Virus record (IMG/VR): IMGVR_UViG_3300020198_001494
Span: 1-64,000 of that record
Reading direction: 5' to 3' (one strand)
Source of the DNA: a virus
Length of the DNA stretch: 64,000 nt
Part shown: piece after piece, positions 11,699 to 22,904 of the stretch
Position numbering within the stretch: the first letter of the stretch is position 1
How the letters are laid out: each line of letters starts with the position of its first letter
Translations under genes and position numbers: made by a program
Notes under the pieces: model-generated
What the model was told of the DNA's origin: nothing
The model's input: only the letters and a program-made list of their open reading frames with translations
Databases searched by the model: none

Positions 11699-11869
11699 CT
11701 ATTCCGATTTTTGTTCGTTTTCCTGTGCTATAGCTAAATAATCTCTACAAATCTTTAACTTCTCTTCTTCTCTTTCTAGAACTGATTCAAAATAAAATAG
11801 AGCGTTTTCTAAAATACCTTTAGTTTTTTCTAAAGCATCTGAAATATCTAATTTTTCCCAATTATCCAT
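11699..11869 (-). CDS. Small coiled-coil hypothetical protein (56 aa; below ORF-track cutoff)
   Basis: MDNWEKLDISDALEKTKGILENALFYFESVLEREEEKLKICRDYLAIAQENEQKSE*; GAGGA just upstream; fills the gap between spike and fibre genes. Confidence 0.65.
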   Translation of the reverse strand: MDNWEKLDISDALEKTKGILENALFYFESVLEREEEKLKICRDYLAIAQENEQKSE

Positions 11870-11941
11870 AGGATCCTCTATACATATAAATTTACTGATT
11901 AATCTATCTAAAGTAATTATTAAACCTTAAAAATATAGACC

Positions 11942-14900
11942 TTATACGCTAGGAACTCCTGGTAATTTACCCATACTAATGACCTTAACTACACCAGATA
12001 AAAATTGCATTTTATAAAGAGGAGCCTGTGCTGGTGTACAAGGTACAGGAATTGTTGGGTAACATGGGGGAGAAACCGGGGAACTTGGGGCTGGTGTTGT
12101 TATTAAATGCGTATGATTCATTACCCAATCCAAGAATGCATCGCCCATTATCATACTTTCGGATGCATCATCACCGCCTAATTTAATACCTCCAGGACTA
12201 TTACACTTTAGTACTATTTTACCTAAAAGTGGGGTAACCTCAAGAAGTATATTCTTAAGTGCTTTTAGCTCTACTATCATAGATTCTATTGAAGATAATT
12301 TAGCTGCTTTTAATTTAACATCGCCTAAGGTACACTCTACTTTAACTTCTTGTAACTTAGAGGTAATTTCAATAGGTCCAGTTAATGTATCTAAACTAAT
12401 TTTACCTACTTTTGTAGAGCTTTCTATATTTCCAGCACCTGTAGTATTTTTTATATTACCTGCTAAAGTAAAATTCTCTATATTACCAGCAAGTAAAACT
12501 TTATTTTCTATATTACCAGTAGTAGTCTGATTAAGGAAATCTCCTTTTAAAACAACTACATTTTCTACATTACCATTAGCAATAGTAACTGCATATGCTT
12601 GTTTATTAAGACTAGAATTTAATATTTCAGTACCTTTAAAACTTCCTACAATAGCCTTTGAAATACCCCCTATTGAGTTTTTTACATCCTGGCCGACACT
12701 AGTAACCAGATCTCTAGATACATCTACTGTTTGTTTACCGTTTACTTTACTATTAAAAGATCCATCTACAGTAGACCCAACATTACCTCTAGCAGTTACA
12801 TTATTATCACCGCCAAAGGCCATATCTAAGTCACCTTCAAAAACTCCCTGTAAGCTATGACCGGCTCCAAATCTCCCTACATGAAATTGAACCCCTCCAT
12901 CTAACTGTATCTGCATACTTCTGTTAAGTGTATCTGCGCCAATAGCTGCAACTAATCCCCCATCTAAATCTATTCCCAAACTATTACCATCACCATCTCT
13001 ACCTGATCTTAAAAATATATTACCGCAAGAATGAACATCTAGAGATGTTGCCATATCATCTGGTCTTTTAATCATTGGCAATAATGCCATAAGGTCAGCT
13101 TTTTTATCTCCCTCACTAGCATATTTCTTAGTACTTATTAATTTATCGAAAATCCTGTTAAATAGTTTTCCACCCCTTCCTTCTTTATCATTGGTTTGAA
13201 AAGTCATATCATGAAATCTATAAGTATAATCATCATCAGTATAATATGATCTGCCCGCTTTCATAACATCATTGCCTAATTTATCTACTTCCCTACCTTT
13301 GGCATCAAACCCATTTTGTATAAACTTTCTTCTCACCCCTGGGCTAGATTTTCCTATTCTTAAAGAAATACCACCATCAGTTATAGTTTCTATAGAAATA
13401 CGCTCAATAGACCCGTTACCTATACTTGTTTTTAAAGATTTACTAGTACCAACTAGTGGGTTATCTTTCCCATCTATTTGAGTTTTTCTTCTATACCTTG
13501 AGGCTTTACCATCATCACACCCAAAATGAAAGAAAGATCTCCCTATAGTAGTTACATCTAATGACTCCTCTCTAGCATAGCTTTTATCTATAACCAACCT
13601 TACTCTACCAGCAAAACTGCCATCAACACTTTTACCTATCTCTGAATCTTCCCTAGGGGGAGAAATAATAGGTATAAAATCATCTTGAAATTTAGTAGCA
13701 CCGATATGAAATCCTAAATAACCCTCTTTTGTTATATAAAACCTAGTTTGAGAATACTCAAAAGGCATCTTCCACATCTTAGCTATTGATCTAGTTCTAG
13801 TTAGTCCGGCATTGAATATAGCCTGTCTCTCGGAAGTTTCATTATTAGGAGCTACCCCTAACTCCACTAATTCTTCCTTAATATCAAGATTTATAGAATT
13901 ATCGTCATCAAATATTTTAGGTCTTAGTACTTTACCATAATTTTCTGGAAAATTATAAAAATCATATCCGACTAAAGTACCTTCAACACTTTCTATAATA
14001 TTGCCATTTCTTAAATTAAAATCTTCATTCCAAACATCATATTTTGTTCTGCCGAATCCAGTTATGTCGCTATTTATAGACAGCTTATAATCACCTAATT
14101 CTTTAACTTCTCTCCTGTGCTCAACTAATGGTCTTGACAAACTTCCTAAATTACCGCTAGGGTCACTTACTAAATAGGGATCATCTATAGAATAAATACC
14201 AGATAATGTTCTTACCCATTGATACCTACCGTCGCAATTTACTATTAATCTCTGTCTTAAATCAGGTGTTATTAAGCTTTCATCAAAATCTACCTTACCA
14301 TTTTTTTTAACTACTCTCTTTTCATAAGGGGATATACCAAAAATATCGTACCCCTCACCTTGTCTATTTAATAATCTTCCTTGTTTATCATAACTCATTT
14401 CTAAATATCTAGAAACCACCCCATCAGCCACAGATCCAGCATCAGTTTGTCTGTAGTATTGCAAGGAATTTTGTACTATTGCTTGGTCAAACGACCTTAA
14501 AGTTATCTCATTGGACCTACTACTTGATAACCTTATGTCTTCATCTACCCTAACATCACTGCCCTGAGCGCTAGCTAACATTAACTCGCCCTCATAGAGT
14601 TTTTGATAGCTTAATCTCATTTTATTTGGGACAAAATTAGAATATTGTCCCTGGGCCGTATCTGTCAGATCAAAATTTTTAGCTTTACCTATCTCTCTAG
14701 GAAGATATGCTAAAATATAAGGCTTTGGTAGTGGGTCATTACCACCAGAAAAACCCACAAAACCAATTATGACCCGTGTACCGGGTTGTGGAATGCCTCC
14801 AATTAAGGCTCTTCCAGTAAATAGTGGTAAAGTTATATCAATATTATCTGCTGGTATTTCTCCATTAGGAGTTTGATCATATTTTACTGAGCACTTTAAA

Positions 14901-15109
14901 CTTTCTATATCAACATAAATAATAGTGCCCAACATAAGTCCAAAATATTTGGACTCTTTTGTTCCTTGTGTGGTAACATTTGTTGACATTGGATTAATTG
15001 GAAAATTTCCACCAAAACCCTCTTTAATATCTTTTCTAACATCTGATTTTTGGGGTTTTGGCGGCACCGCACTAGATCTTCTGCTATTTATATCAGGTTC
15101 TCTTTTCAT
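11942..15109 (-). CDS. Baseplate central spike (gp5/gpV/VgrG C-terminal-like)
   Basis: N-terminal OB-fold-like segment (IGGIPQPGTRVIIGF), C-terminal beta-helix repeats (GNIEN..), terminal HxH (NHTH) typical of metal-binding spike tips; follows hub gene. Confidence 0.7.
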   Translation of the reverse strand: MKREPDINSRRSSAVPPKPQKSDVRKDIKEGFGGNFPINPMSTNVTTQGTKESKYFGLMLGTIIYVDIESLKCSVKYDQTPNGEIPADNIDITLPLFTGRALIGGIPQPGTRVIIGFVGFSGGNDPLPKPYILAYLPREIGKAKNFDLTDTAQGQYSNFVPNKMRLSYQKLYEGELMLASAQGSDVRVDEDIRLSSSRSNEITLRSFDQAIVQNSLQYYRQTDAGSVADGVVSRYLEMSYDKQGRLLNRQGEGYDIFGISPYEKRVVKKNGKVDFDESLITPDLRQRLIVNCDGRYQWVRTLSGIYSIDDPYLVSDPSGNLGSLSRPLVEHRREVKELGDYKLSINSDITGFGRTKYDVWNEDFNLRNGNIIESVEGTLVGYDFYNFPENYGKVLRPKIFDDDNSINLDIKEELVELGVAPNNETSERQAIFNAGLTRTRSIAKMWKMPFEYSQTRFYITKEGYLGFHIGATKFQDDFIPIISPPREDSEIGKSVDGSFAGRVRLVIDKSYAREESLDVTTIGRSFFHFGCDDGKASRYRRKTQIDGKDNPLVGTSKSLKTSIGNGSIERISIETITDGGISLRIGKSSPGVRRKFIQNGFDAKGREVDKLGNDVMKAGRSYYTDDDYTYRFHDMTFQTNDKEGRGGKLFNRIFDKLISTKKYASEGDKKADLMALLPMIKRPDDMATSLDVHSCGNIFLRSGRDGDGNSLGIDLDGGLVAAIGADTLNRSMQIQLDGGVQFHVGRFGAGHSLQGVFEGDLDMAFGGDNNVTARGNVGSTVDGSFNSKVNGKQTVDVSRDLVTSVGQDVKNSIGGISKAIVGSFKGTEILNSSLNKQAYAVTIANGNVENVVVLKGDFLNQTTTGNIENKVLLAGNIENFTLAGNIKNTTGAGNIESSTKVGKISLDTLTGPIEITSKLQEVKVECTLGDVKLKAAKLSSIESMIVELKALKNILLEVTPLLGKIVLKCNSPGGIKLGGDDASESMIMGDAFLDWVMNHTHLITTPAPSSPVSPPCYPTIPVPCTPAQAPLYKMQFLSGVVKVISMGKLPGVPSV

Positions 15110-15130
15110 TTACATTTTTCTCCAAAAAAA

Positions 15131-17737
15131 TTAAGAAGTATGTGGATATTTACATTTAGAGCTAACTTTTCCAGATGGGAACATTTTCTCTATATTAACA
15201 CCTACATTAGAGGGACTAACTGATAATATATATGTAGCAGCAGTTGGTAGTGGGTTCAGAACATTAAAATCACCAACGAATCTTCCAGCTTCGCCAAAAT
15301 CTTCCCCAGACATAATAAAAGAAGCCTTGGACTTTCCTAAAAGGATCTCTTTATCTAACTCTTCCATTTTTTTTCTTGATATAGAAAAAAGATTACCTGT
15401 TTTTTCTAAAGAATCTATTTTTTTATTAATATCAATTCCCCCCTCACTTTTTTTAATATTATCATTAACCCACTTTTTATTATCAAAATATAAACCCCTC
15501 CCATAAGGGAATCCGCCAATTAATTCATAACCTTTTTCATCTGATACTGGTATGCCAACAGTTGGATCAGCATAAAAAACACCGGGTTTTGATACTAATT
15601 TAAAAGTTGGGGATATAGTAACATTTACGTTACCAACTTGAGTTATATATCTTCTTATTATATCATTAAGACCTAAACCAGATAAACTCATTCCAGATTT
15701 GCCCTCCAGGTCTTTTAAGTAACTGCCCTTACCTTTCAGACGACTGGCGAACCTATTAATAACTTCTGTTTGTATCTTATCACCTGTATATTTTTTAACT
15801 TTTTTTCCATCTGTTGTAGCATCAGTTTCACTTAAAACCTCATCTAATATAGGGCCTAAATCACTTGACAACTTTTTTCCTAATTCATGATAAGATCCAG
15901 GACGGTAGGTCTCCGTAATAAGGTACCCACCTTTTACTGGATTGATTTTGGCACTAGATTTAAACTGCTCTGAAAAATCTAAAACAACATTAGGATAAAC
16001 CATAAAATTATTTTTATCTTCCTTTATACTTATATCAATAAAATTCCCATTAATAGAACCCTCGGTAACTATATTAGCACCAGATGTATAAGATCCATTT
16101 AATAATGTCTGTTTACTGCTACCGTTATCGTTTACAAAAGCGAAAGATGGTGGTACATATACTCTCCTAGCGCCTTCAATCGTAAGCTGTGTAGTAAAAG
16201 TTCCGCCAAAAGTAAAACTATGGCTAACCCCAGTAACATAGAAGAAAGTGTACATAGACTGGACGTAAATTGGGTAACCTAATCGTATTTCTGGTCTACC
16301 AGCTATTTCTATTGTACCACTAAATCTTTTTGAATTTAATAATGACAAGTGCTGTACCGCATATATATAACACATAACGTCATTAAATAAATAATCTCTA
16401 GATATTGGCTGAGCACTCTTTATGCCATAAGTTTTAGCCAAATTCCAATCTATGTAAAAATTATATGGATTAAGACCCCCTGACCCAGACTCAAAACCAG
16501 GGTAAGGTGATCCAGTAACGTCTACTCTAGTGTAAATCTCATTAATGTTCTCTGTTACATTCCAGTTTATTATATCTATATCATTAATGTGTGATATTGG
16601 ATAATTAGATCTTGAATCCATATTATAAAACGGGGGTTTAAATACTATCTCCCCTGTAGTATCCATGTAAAATTCCCAGCCTATTTTATCTTTAATCATA
16701 TTAGCTATTGCTAAATTATTATCTTTAACGGTTTCCATAGCGTTAGAAGTAGAAGTAAATATAGTATGAAACGGTAAAACTGCCGCAAACAATTCGTCAT
16801 CTAAAGGATAATATGGTAATTTACCTGAATTATCTATATTAGTTACCCTTTTAAGGTTAGCTATTGGTTCTGTTTCAATCGATTTGCCAGTTTGTTGGGT
16901 ATCAAAATTTCCAGACTTAATATCAGTAACTGTCTTAGCTGCTTGGGCTTCATTTATACCAAAAATACGAACACTTGCATCTATCGCACTAAATCTATTC
17001 TTCCAGTAGGATATCGTATCTTTACCAGAAGTTTTATAATCTTCTTTTATCAAATCAAATCTATCTGCTTTAGTAATTAATGTATTTAGTGGGCCTGAAA
17101 ACTGACTCATAGTTGCTTTAGATAAAGCGATTATAATCTCAGTGGGTGAATGATTAGCATATTTATTTGCAACTGCTGATTGTTTTATGTTTTTACCATC
17201 TTGGGCAAGTATACTTTGTGCTGATGAATGAGTTTCATTTTCAGTTATCTCCCACCACTTCAGCATGTCGGCACATTCAATATGAAGCGTATGAGATCCA
17301 TCACTATAACTATATCCTACTGATGTTGTAAGGCCCCAAAAACATCTATAGTATAAAGGCTCTTTCTTATCACTTAAAAATCTTCCCTTAATGAAAATTT
17401 CTACCTCTGACATAGTTCTTATTTTAGAATGACCATTATCTATAAAAACATTAGCACTGTGCCTCGGTATCGACATCGTGAAAGAGGCTGTACCGGGGAC
17501 GCTATTTACATTTAATGATATTTGAATTTCAGTTATTAAGTTATTAATATCTGCTGCCGCATCACAAAAATGACATATTGGAACGGTATTATTCTTATTT
17601 AGCATTACAACTGCATCTGGAGCAAGCATTATAACTGGTCTAGATCTTATTGGATACTTTTTAGCTAATGTATTTATATCAACAATTGCTTCTTTAGCTA
17701 ATTTATGAAATGCATCCCCATCACCAAAAATTGGCAT
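15131..17737 (-). CDS. Baseplate hub protein (T4 gp27/P2 gpD-like)
   Basis: WEFYMDTTGEIVFKPP and IEIAGRPEIRLGYP...FYVTGVSHSF...FTTQLTI hub-type motifs; position between tube initiators and spike. Confidence 0.7.
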   Translation of the reverse strand: MPIFGDGDAFHKLAKEAIVDINTLAKKYPIRSRPVIMLAPDAVVMLNKNNTVPICHFCDAAADINNLITEIQISLNVNSVPGTASFTMSIPRHSANVFIDNGHSKIRTMSEVEIFIKGRFLSDKKEPLYYRCFWGLTTSVGYSYSDGSHTLHIECADMLKWWEITENETHSSAQSILAQDGKNIKQSAVANKYANHSPTEIIIALSKATMSQFSGPLNTLITKADRFDLIKEDYKTSGKDTISYWKNRFSAIDASVRIFGINEAQAAKTVTDIKSGNFDTQQTGKSIETEPIANLKRVTNIDNSGKLPYYPLDDELFAAVLPFHTIFTSTSNAMETVKDNNLAIANMIKDKIGWEFYMDTTGEIVFKPPFYNMDSRSNYPISHINDIDIINWNVTENINEIYTRVDVTGSPYPGFESGSGGLNPYNFYIDWNLAKTYGIKSAQPISRDYLFNDVMCYIYAVQHLSLLNSKRFSGTIEIAGRPEIRLGYPIYVQSMYTFFYVTGVSHSFTFGGTFTTQLTIEGARRVYVPPSFAFVNDNGSSKQTLLNGSYTSGANIVTEGSINGNFIDISIKEDKNNFMVYPNVVLDFSEQFKSSAKINPVKGGYLITETYRPGSYHELGKKLSSDLGPILDEVLSETDATTDGKKVKKYTGDKIQTEVINRFASRLKGKGSYLKDLEGKSGMSLSGLGLNDIIRRYITQVGNVNVTISPTFKLVSKPGVFYADPTVGIPVSDEKGYELIGGFPYGRGLYFDNKKWVNDNIKKSEGGIDINKKIDSLEKTGNLFSISRKKMEELDKEILLGKSKASFIMSGEDFGEAGRFVGDFNVLNPLPTAATYILSVSPSNVGVNIEKMFPSGKVSSKCKYPHTS

Positions 17738-17745
17738 AAACTTAC

Positions 17746-18534
17746 CTACTTAACATGGCCAAAAACAAAACCTGGTTTTTTATCTGGTGGAAACAAGACA
17801 AAAAACTGGAATGAATAATCGAACCTAAACGGTTTATCAGCAGCAGACTCAGATACAGTAAAACTATCGAAAGTACCGTAATAGTAGTTACCCAAATATT
17901 TTATGCCTACTAACCTTCTTGTAGCTGGAACATTCCTAATAGAAGACCCACCTGTTACTGAAAAACTAATATTAGATAAACCCCTAACTGAAGATCCATT
18001 TATTAACTTACTATTAGACTTATTATACAATGCATCATTAAATAAAATTTCAGCTTTATAGTTTTCTTTAGTTAGTATACCATTATTTCTATATAGCATA
18101 ATTAATGACTTAAGGTTTGCATAAGCCAAAGAATTTTTAGCATATTGTCTAGTAAGACCATATTGTTCTGTATAAAAACCGGAAGATGTGCCTGTAACAG
18201 ACATAATATCTATGTCCTCCCCCCAATGTTCTACAACATATCCCGCTCTAGTAAACACTTCATTAGTTAATTTTTTGTATTGTAAAGAAACATTTGATGG
18301 ATTAGCTAATAAAATCAAATTAGTACCAGTAACTGGCTGTCCACTAGAATTAGCTATAAATATATCAAAAGATTTATCAGTAGATTTATCTAAATCCGGT
18401 CTATAGGCTAATGATCCATCTAAAATGTCACCACTACCTATGCCTATTGTATTTTTTATGTCATAAGATAAATTAGCTGGTAAGGGAATATTATTAGAGT
18501 TTTTTTTGATAAAAAATTTATCTTTATTTATCAC
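17746..18534 (-). CDS. Tail tube initiator/baseplate-proximal protein, paralogue 2
   Basis: NP..TRAG.V.HWGE.ID..GT..YYG.F..F.V..KPF.F.YSF.F pattern shared with the neighbouring gene; position after tape-measure genes. Confidence 0.55.
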   Translation of the reverse strand: MINKDKFFIKKNSNNIPLPANLSYDIKNTIGIGSGDILDGSLAYRPDLDKSTDKSFDIFIANSSGQPVTGTNLILLANPSNVSLQYKKLTNEVFTRAGYVVEHWGEDIDIMSVTGTSSGFYTEQYGLTRQYAKNSLAYANLKSLIMLYRNNGILTKENYKAEILFNDALYNKSNSKLINGSSVRGLSNISFSVTGGSSIRNVPATRRLVGIKYLGNYYYGTFDSFTVSESAADKPFRFDYSFQFFVLFPPDKKPGFVFGHVK

Positions 18535-19169
18535 TAACTATAGATCTCCTCTGTCCTTACCGCTTTAAATGAAAAACTATAGGTAAACATGAATGGTTTA
18601 TCATCAGAATAATCTACTGAAAACTCTTCAAAATACCCATAATAATTATAATTATCAAAACTAAAAATTATTGGGGAATAATCTGTAAAAGCTCCAAATG
18701 CTTCTCCACTATCATCATATCTATTACTCAATGATCCGTTATTTCTATAAACATATAATAGCCTTTTAAACGCCTCATAGGCTGCACTAATCTCCCCTTT
18801 TGATATTAACTTTTCATCAATATCGAGAGTTTCTGTGTACGCCTTAAAAATATTTACTGTATACCCACCACTTATAGTAAAAAATCCACCAGTAACCCCT
18901 TCTGCTTTAATGTTATCTATCTCCTCCCCCCAATATTCCTCAACCCACCCCGCTCTAGTTTTAGTTCTAGTGATTTTTTGTTTATATGAAAAATCTATTT
19001 TATTTGGATTAGTATATAAGTAAATTGGTTTAGTAAATAAACTGATATCTGGATTATATAAATGAAAATATGCCCTTAAAGAAACATCTTTTGGCATGTA
19101 ATGACCAAAATTAAAAGTAGCTTCAGTTTTATCTGAAAAAACAGGTTTTTTATTTGGGTCTATTGCCAT
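18534..19169 (-). CDS. Tail tube initiator/baseplate-proximal protein, paralogue 1
   Basis: YTNPNKIDF...TRAGWVEEYWGEEID...YYGYFEEFSV..KPFMFTYSFSF; clearly paralogous to 17746-18534. Confidence 0.55.
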   Translation of the reverse strand: MAIDPNKKPVFSDKTEATFNFGHYMPKDVSLRAYFHLYNPDISLFTKPIYLYTNPNKIDFSYKQKITRTKTRAGWVEEYWGEEIDNIKAEGVTGGFFTISGGYTVNIFKAYTETLDIDEKLISKGEISAAYEAFKRLLYVYRNNGSLSNRYDDSGEAFGAFTDYSPIIFSFDNYNYYGYFEEFSVDYSDDKPFMFTYSFSFKAVRTEEIYS

Positions 19170-19175
19170 ATTAAT

Positions 19176-22100
19176 CTAACTCCAGTAGCCTTCTGATCTA
19201 ACGAACCCGCTAAAAAAAGACTCTACTTCTGATCTAGAAACTGCATCTTTATTATCTGATTCGTATACTACTCCACCAAAACTAGCTGTTATAAATGTAG
19301 ACTTTATTTCGTGTGCTTCTTTAATTTTAGGAGTTAAAAACGCTCCTCTACCACCGCCTGGCATTTTTCGCCCTGGCTGCGGTTCTCCTCGACGTTCATA
19401 TGGTGATATTAAAGTCGGTGTTGATTCTTCATTAAGTTTTGGTACAGACTGAGTCTTAGACTCTGTTTCTGTCGGTCTTTGCCATAAATGAGGTTCATCA
19501 ACATCATGTTGTATTCCACGAACCCTAGTAATAAAACCTCTTTTAAATGTATCAGAGCTAATAAATTCTATTACTTTATCGGCTAACTCATCTGCATTCT
19601 TGACACCGTTTATTTTACCGCTATCTATCATGGCTTGTATATCTACCAAAACCTCTTTCTTAAGGAACAAAGACTTAAGGTTATTTATAAATTCTTTATA
19701 TATAAAATCAATTTTTTCTTTTTCTTTTTCTGCTGTTCTTTCCTTTGGGACAAGAGCAGCATTTGTTGCTGAATCAATCCTATCTGCACTGTTTATAGCA
19801 GCATCAAAAAAAGCTTTAAGAGCTATAGGAAATACTTCTGGACTACCAGTAAGTGAATTTTCATTCAGTGATATCAATAATAACCTTTTAGCTAAATTTC
19901 TAGAAAATTGCAAAGCTTTACTTGCGTCTTGAACTCTTGGTATATTAACGCTTAATAGCTCTTTTGATTTTTTATACTTATCTAAATAATTCGTGTCTAC
20001 CAAATCTCCTAAACGCTTTTCTAACTCTGCTATTCTATATAAAACAGCGTTTATCTCTTTGTCTAAATCCCACTTCTCCCCAGGCTGCGGAACCCTACTT
20101 TTTGTAGCAATCACACCAGCCACCATCTTAGCTAAATCTGGAATACTATATTTAGACAAATACGTTCTCTGTTCGTTACCATCATCAGACAAATAACTGC
20201 CTATAATTTTTTCCATATATGATTTAAAATCTTCCAATTTTTCATAACCAAACTGCCCTTTAGCTAATCTATGAGTCATACGTAATAAAGTTTGTGCTTC
20301 CTTAAACTTATGTAAATCACCTTTTGAATATTTAGATTTAGATTTATTAAAATATCTTAGCAACTGATCATCGGTAGCTCCAACTAATTCTGTATCAATA
20401 AGATCACTATTAAATTTTTTCATAACATGTTTATCTACAATTTCTCTTGAATATGCATCCGACGAAAATCTTAAAGAGTTTTCTAAAATTAAAATATCTC
20501 TTAACTTGTCTAACTGCTCTTTAGTTAACTTCTTTTTTCTATCCCAAGAATTAGCTTCTCTGACGTAATTCTCCCAGAGATCTCTTTTCTTCTTTTCATC
20601 ACCCATTTTATCTACTGCTGGTGATCTTCCATGATCCCCTGTTAGAGCTTTAACTGCTTGAAGAGCAAGGTTACGATAAAGTAATCTCTCTAATCTTCTA
20701 GATATATTATCCAAAGGTTTAGTTATTTTAATTATATAAGATTGTACCGAATTAGCTAATTCGGTAAGTGGCGGTTCCACCTCAGCAGTTAAATCTTTCA
20801 TATCAATCAATATTTTATTTGCAGCATCCACACCTTTATTTAAAGGTAATTTTACACCAAAATAAGCATCTAACTTATTTGATAAATCCTCTCTTGAGGT
20901 GACATGATACTTATCACCAAGTTTTGTAGCACCAAAAGCATAGGCTCTAATTAATTCTGCCGCCTGTGCGCCCCAAAGATTATGTACGTGTACCATTCTA
21001 CTTCTAAGTAAGTTTTCGGTACTTCCCATAGAACTGCTAGTACCTGAAACAATATCAGTAGCAGACAAAAGTATTTTTAAAACTTCATTTGGCCCTAAAA
21101 CAGACTTAACTGATTCAAATAATCCTTTTATATCAAGAGGAGTATTTAAATTATTACTTTCAATAGCATTTATTATTACGTCACATTGATTTTTTTGAAT
21201 AATATCTCCAGGACTATCTGTTAATTCATTTTTTCTTTGATAAATAAGATTCTTTAATTGTGATCCACCATCTTCTCTCAATGTTATTAAAAATGCATTG
21301 AATCCAACTTGATCATCTTCAAACAAACGTTCTACTTTTTGAACAAAATCTTGAGCACCTTCCCCACCAAAGATACCCATTAAATATGCTTCATTCAATA
21401 ATTTAGTCTGTGATACTATTTTTTGACCGAAACCTTTAGTGCCGATTATTATATTAGATAAAGCACCAACGAATTTATTTGAACTTATACCAGAGTTTCT
21501 TAATACTTGATCTATTACACCAAATGTACTAGCCACCTGTTCATAATCCCAACAAAAATTTTCAGACATAGTAGCTATTAATTGACCTAGATCTGCCGCA
21601 TCCATTGTCCAATGTCTTTCAAAACCAATAGCTAAATTAGCCATTCTGTTTAAAGCCATGACATTAGCTGGTGCATCTCCTCCTAAAGATTTGGAAAGTC
21701 TTGGTAAAAAAACATCATTTAAGCTCTTCCAAACTGAATCCATTTTTTCCCTTGGTACACCAAAATAGTTATCGAATAAAGTACCACTCTTTGATAAACT
21801 ATCCCCCATAGTACCATAAAACTCCTCAAAATATTTTGTTAGCTCTTCTGGATCCGTATCTATATCTAAATTGATGCCTAAACCAATTGGTCCTCTTGTT
21901 TCTAAAAGACTTTTATTGAAATCCCTAAATTTTGACGCTGCTTGCATGATCATTACTATAATATTAAATGCACCTACACCAAATGATACAAGTCCAGCCA
22001 TTTTATCAAAAACAGTTGCAACTCCGGATAAAGTTTTAGCTATAGCCGTAGATCCTATTTCAACGGCACCATCATAAGTTACTTTAGCTTTCTCTGAAAA

Positions 22101-22889
22101 AGTACTAGTACTTCTTTTAGTAGCATGACTATCTGAAAGCGCCCTACCGACAGCACCGGATGTTATATTAACTCTTGAAAAATGTGCTTTAGCTTGTGCG
22201 CTTTTGCCATGAAGAGCAGCCATTACTCCAGATTTTAAATAACCCATGGACTCACTGGCCGATTCGGCAAAAGCGACTGGACCTTCCATTAAAATATCTT
22301 TTGATAATTTTATTGATTCATAAAAGTCGTTATATTTATCTACAGACTTATCTAAATCTATTTCCATTTGAGTAACTTCTGCCATTATTTGGTGGAATTT
22401 TATAACATGCTCCTCCAATACCTCTGGGGAAGATTTTTTTAACATATCATCTTTATACTTAACTATAGTATTCATTGCTTCTTCCATGAGGTTTTTAATA
22501 TTGTCGTGTTTCAGAGAAATATCATAAAATTTACTAGCTGGTACCCCTACCCTTGCTGCTACCTCAAGAAAATTAGTAACTTTATTATTTATTCTTTTTG
22601 CTATAATTGATATATTTTTAGTCACCTGAGGCATCATCTCAACATTTAATGACTCAAATTTAATTGTCCTGAGATCTTTTCTTATACTTTCAATATCCCT
22701 TTCTTGGTTTCTTAGTTGTTTTTCCAGATCTTTAATAGCTGTTGGGTCAAATATAGATACTTTTTTTGAAATACTATTTAAAACATCAGCATGCCTTTTT
22801 CCATCTTTTGAAATACCTAAAAACTTATCTATCTTAGATCCAACAGAATTAGCTATTTTAAGTATTATGTTAATGTCTTTCTTAGACAT
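19176..22889 (-). CDS. Tape-measure-like protein 4 (1237 aa)
   Basis: Long helical protein; hydrophobic patch followed by shared core KFRDFNKSLLETRG...SGISSNKF; lies between chaperones and baseplate. Confidence 0.6.
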   Translation of the reverse strand: MSKKDINIILKIANSVGSKIDKFLGISKDGKRHADVLNSISKKVSIFDPTAIKDLEKQLRNQERDIESIRKDLRTIKFESLNVEMMPQVTKNISIIAKRINNKVTNFLEVAARVGVPASKFYDISLKHDNIKNLMEEAMNTIVKYKDDMLKKSSPEVLEEHVIKFHQIMAEVTQMEIDLDKSVDKYNDFYESIKLSKDILMEGPVAFAESASESMGYLKSGVMAALHGKSAQAKAHFSRVNITSGAVGRALSDSHATKRSTSTFSEKAKVTYDGAVEIGSTAIAKTLSGVATVFDKMAGLVSFGVGAFNIIVMIMQAASKFRDFNKSLLETRGPIGLGINLDIDTDPEELTKYFEEFYGTMGDSLSKSGTLFDNYFGVPREKMDSVWKSLNDVFLPRLSKSLGGDAPANVMALNRMANLAIGFERHWTMDAADLGQLIATMSENFCWDYEQVASTFGVIDQVLRNSGISSNKFVGALSNIIIGTKGFGQKIVSQTKLLNEAYLMGIFGGEGAQDFVQKVERLFEDDQVGFNAFLITLREDGGSQLKNLIYQRKNELTDSPGDIIQKNQCDVIINAIESNNLNTPLDIKGLFESVKSVLGPNEVLKILLSATDIVSGTSSSMGSTENLLRSRMVHVHNLWGAQAAELIRAYAFGATKLGDKYHVTSREDLSNKLDAYFGVKLPLNKGVDAANKILIDMKDLTAEVEPPLTELANSVQSYIIKITKPLDNISRRLERLLYRNLALQAVKALTGDHGRSPAVDKMGDEKKKRDLWENYVREANSWDRKKKLTKEQLDKLRDILILENSLRFSSDAYSREIVDKHVMKKFNSDLIDTELVGATDDQLLRYFNKSKSKYSKGDLHKFKEAQTLLRMTHRLAKGQFGYEKLEDFKSYMEKIIGSYLSDDGNEQRTYLSKYSIPDLAKMVAGVIATKSRVPQPGEKWDLDKEINAVLYRIAELEKRLGDLVDTNYLDKYKKSKELLSVNIPRVQDASKALQFSRNLAKRLLLISLNENSLTGSPEVFPIALKAFFDAAINSADRIDSATNAALVPKERTAEKEKEKIDFIYKEFINNLKSLFLKKEVLVDIQAMIDSGKINGVKNADELADKVIEFISSDTFKRGFITRVRGIQHDVDEPHLWQRPTETESKTQSVPKLNEESTPTLISPYERRGEPQPGRKMPGGGRGAFLTPKIKEAHEIKSTFITASFGGVVYESDNKDAVSRSEVESFFSGFVRSEGYWS

Positions 22890-22904
22890 GTATTACTTTC
22901 CGTT

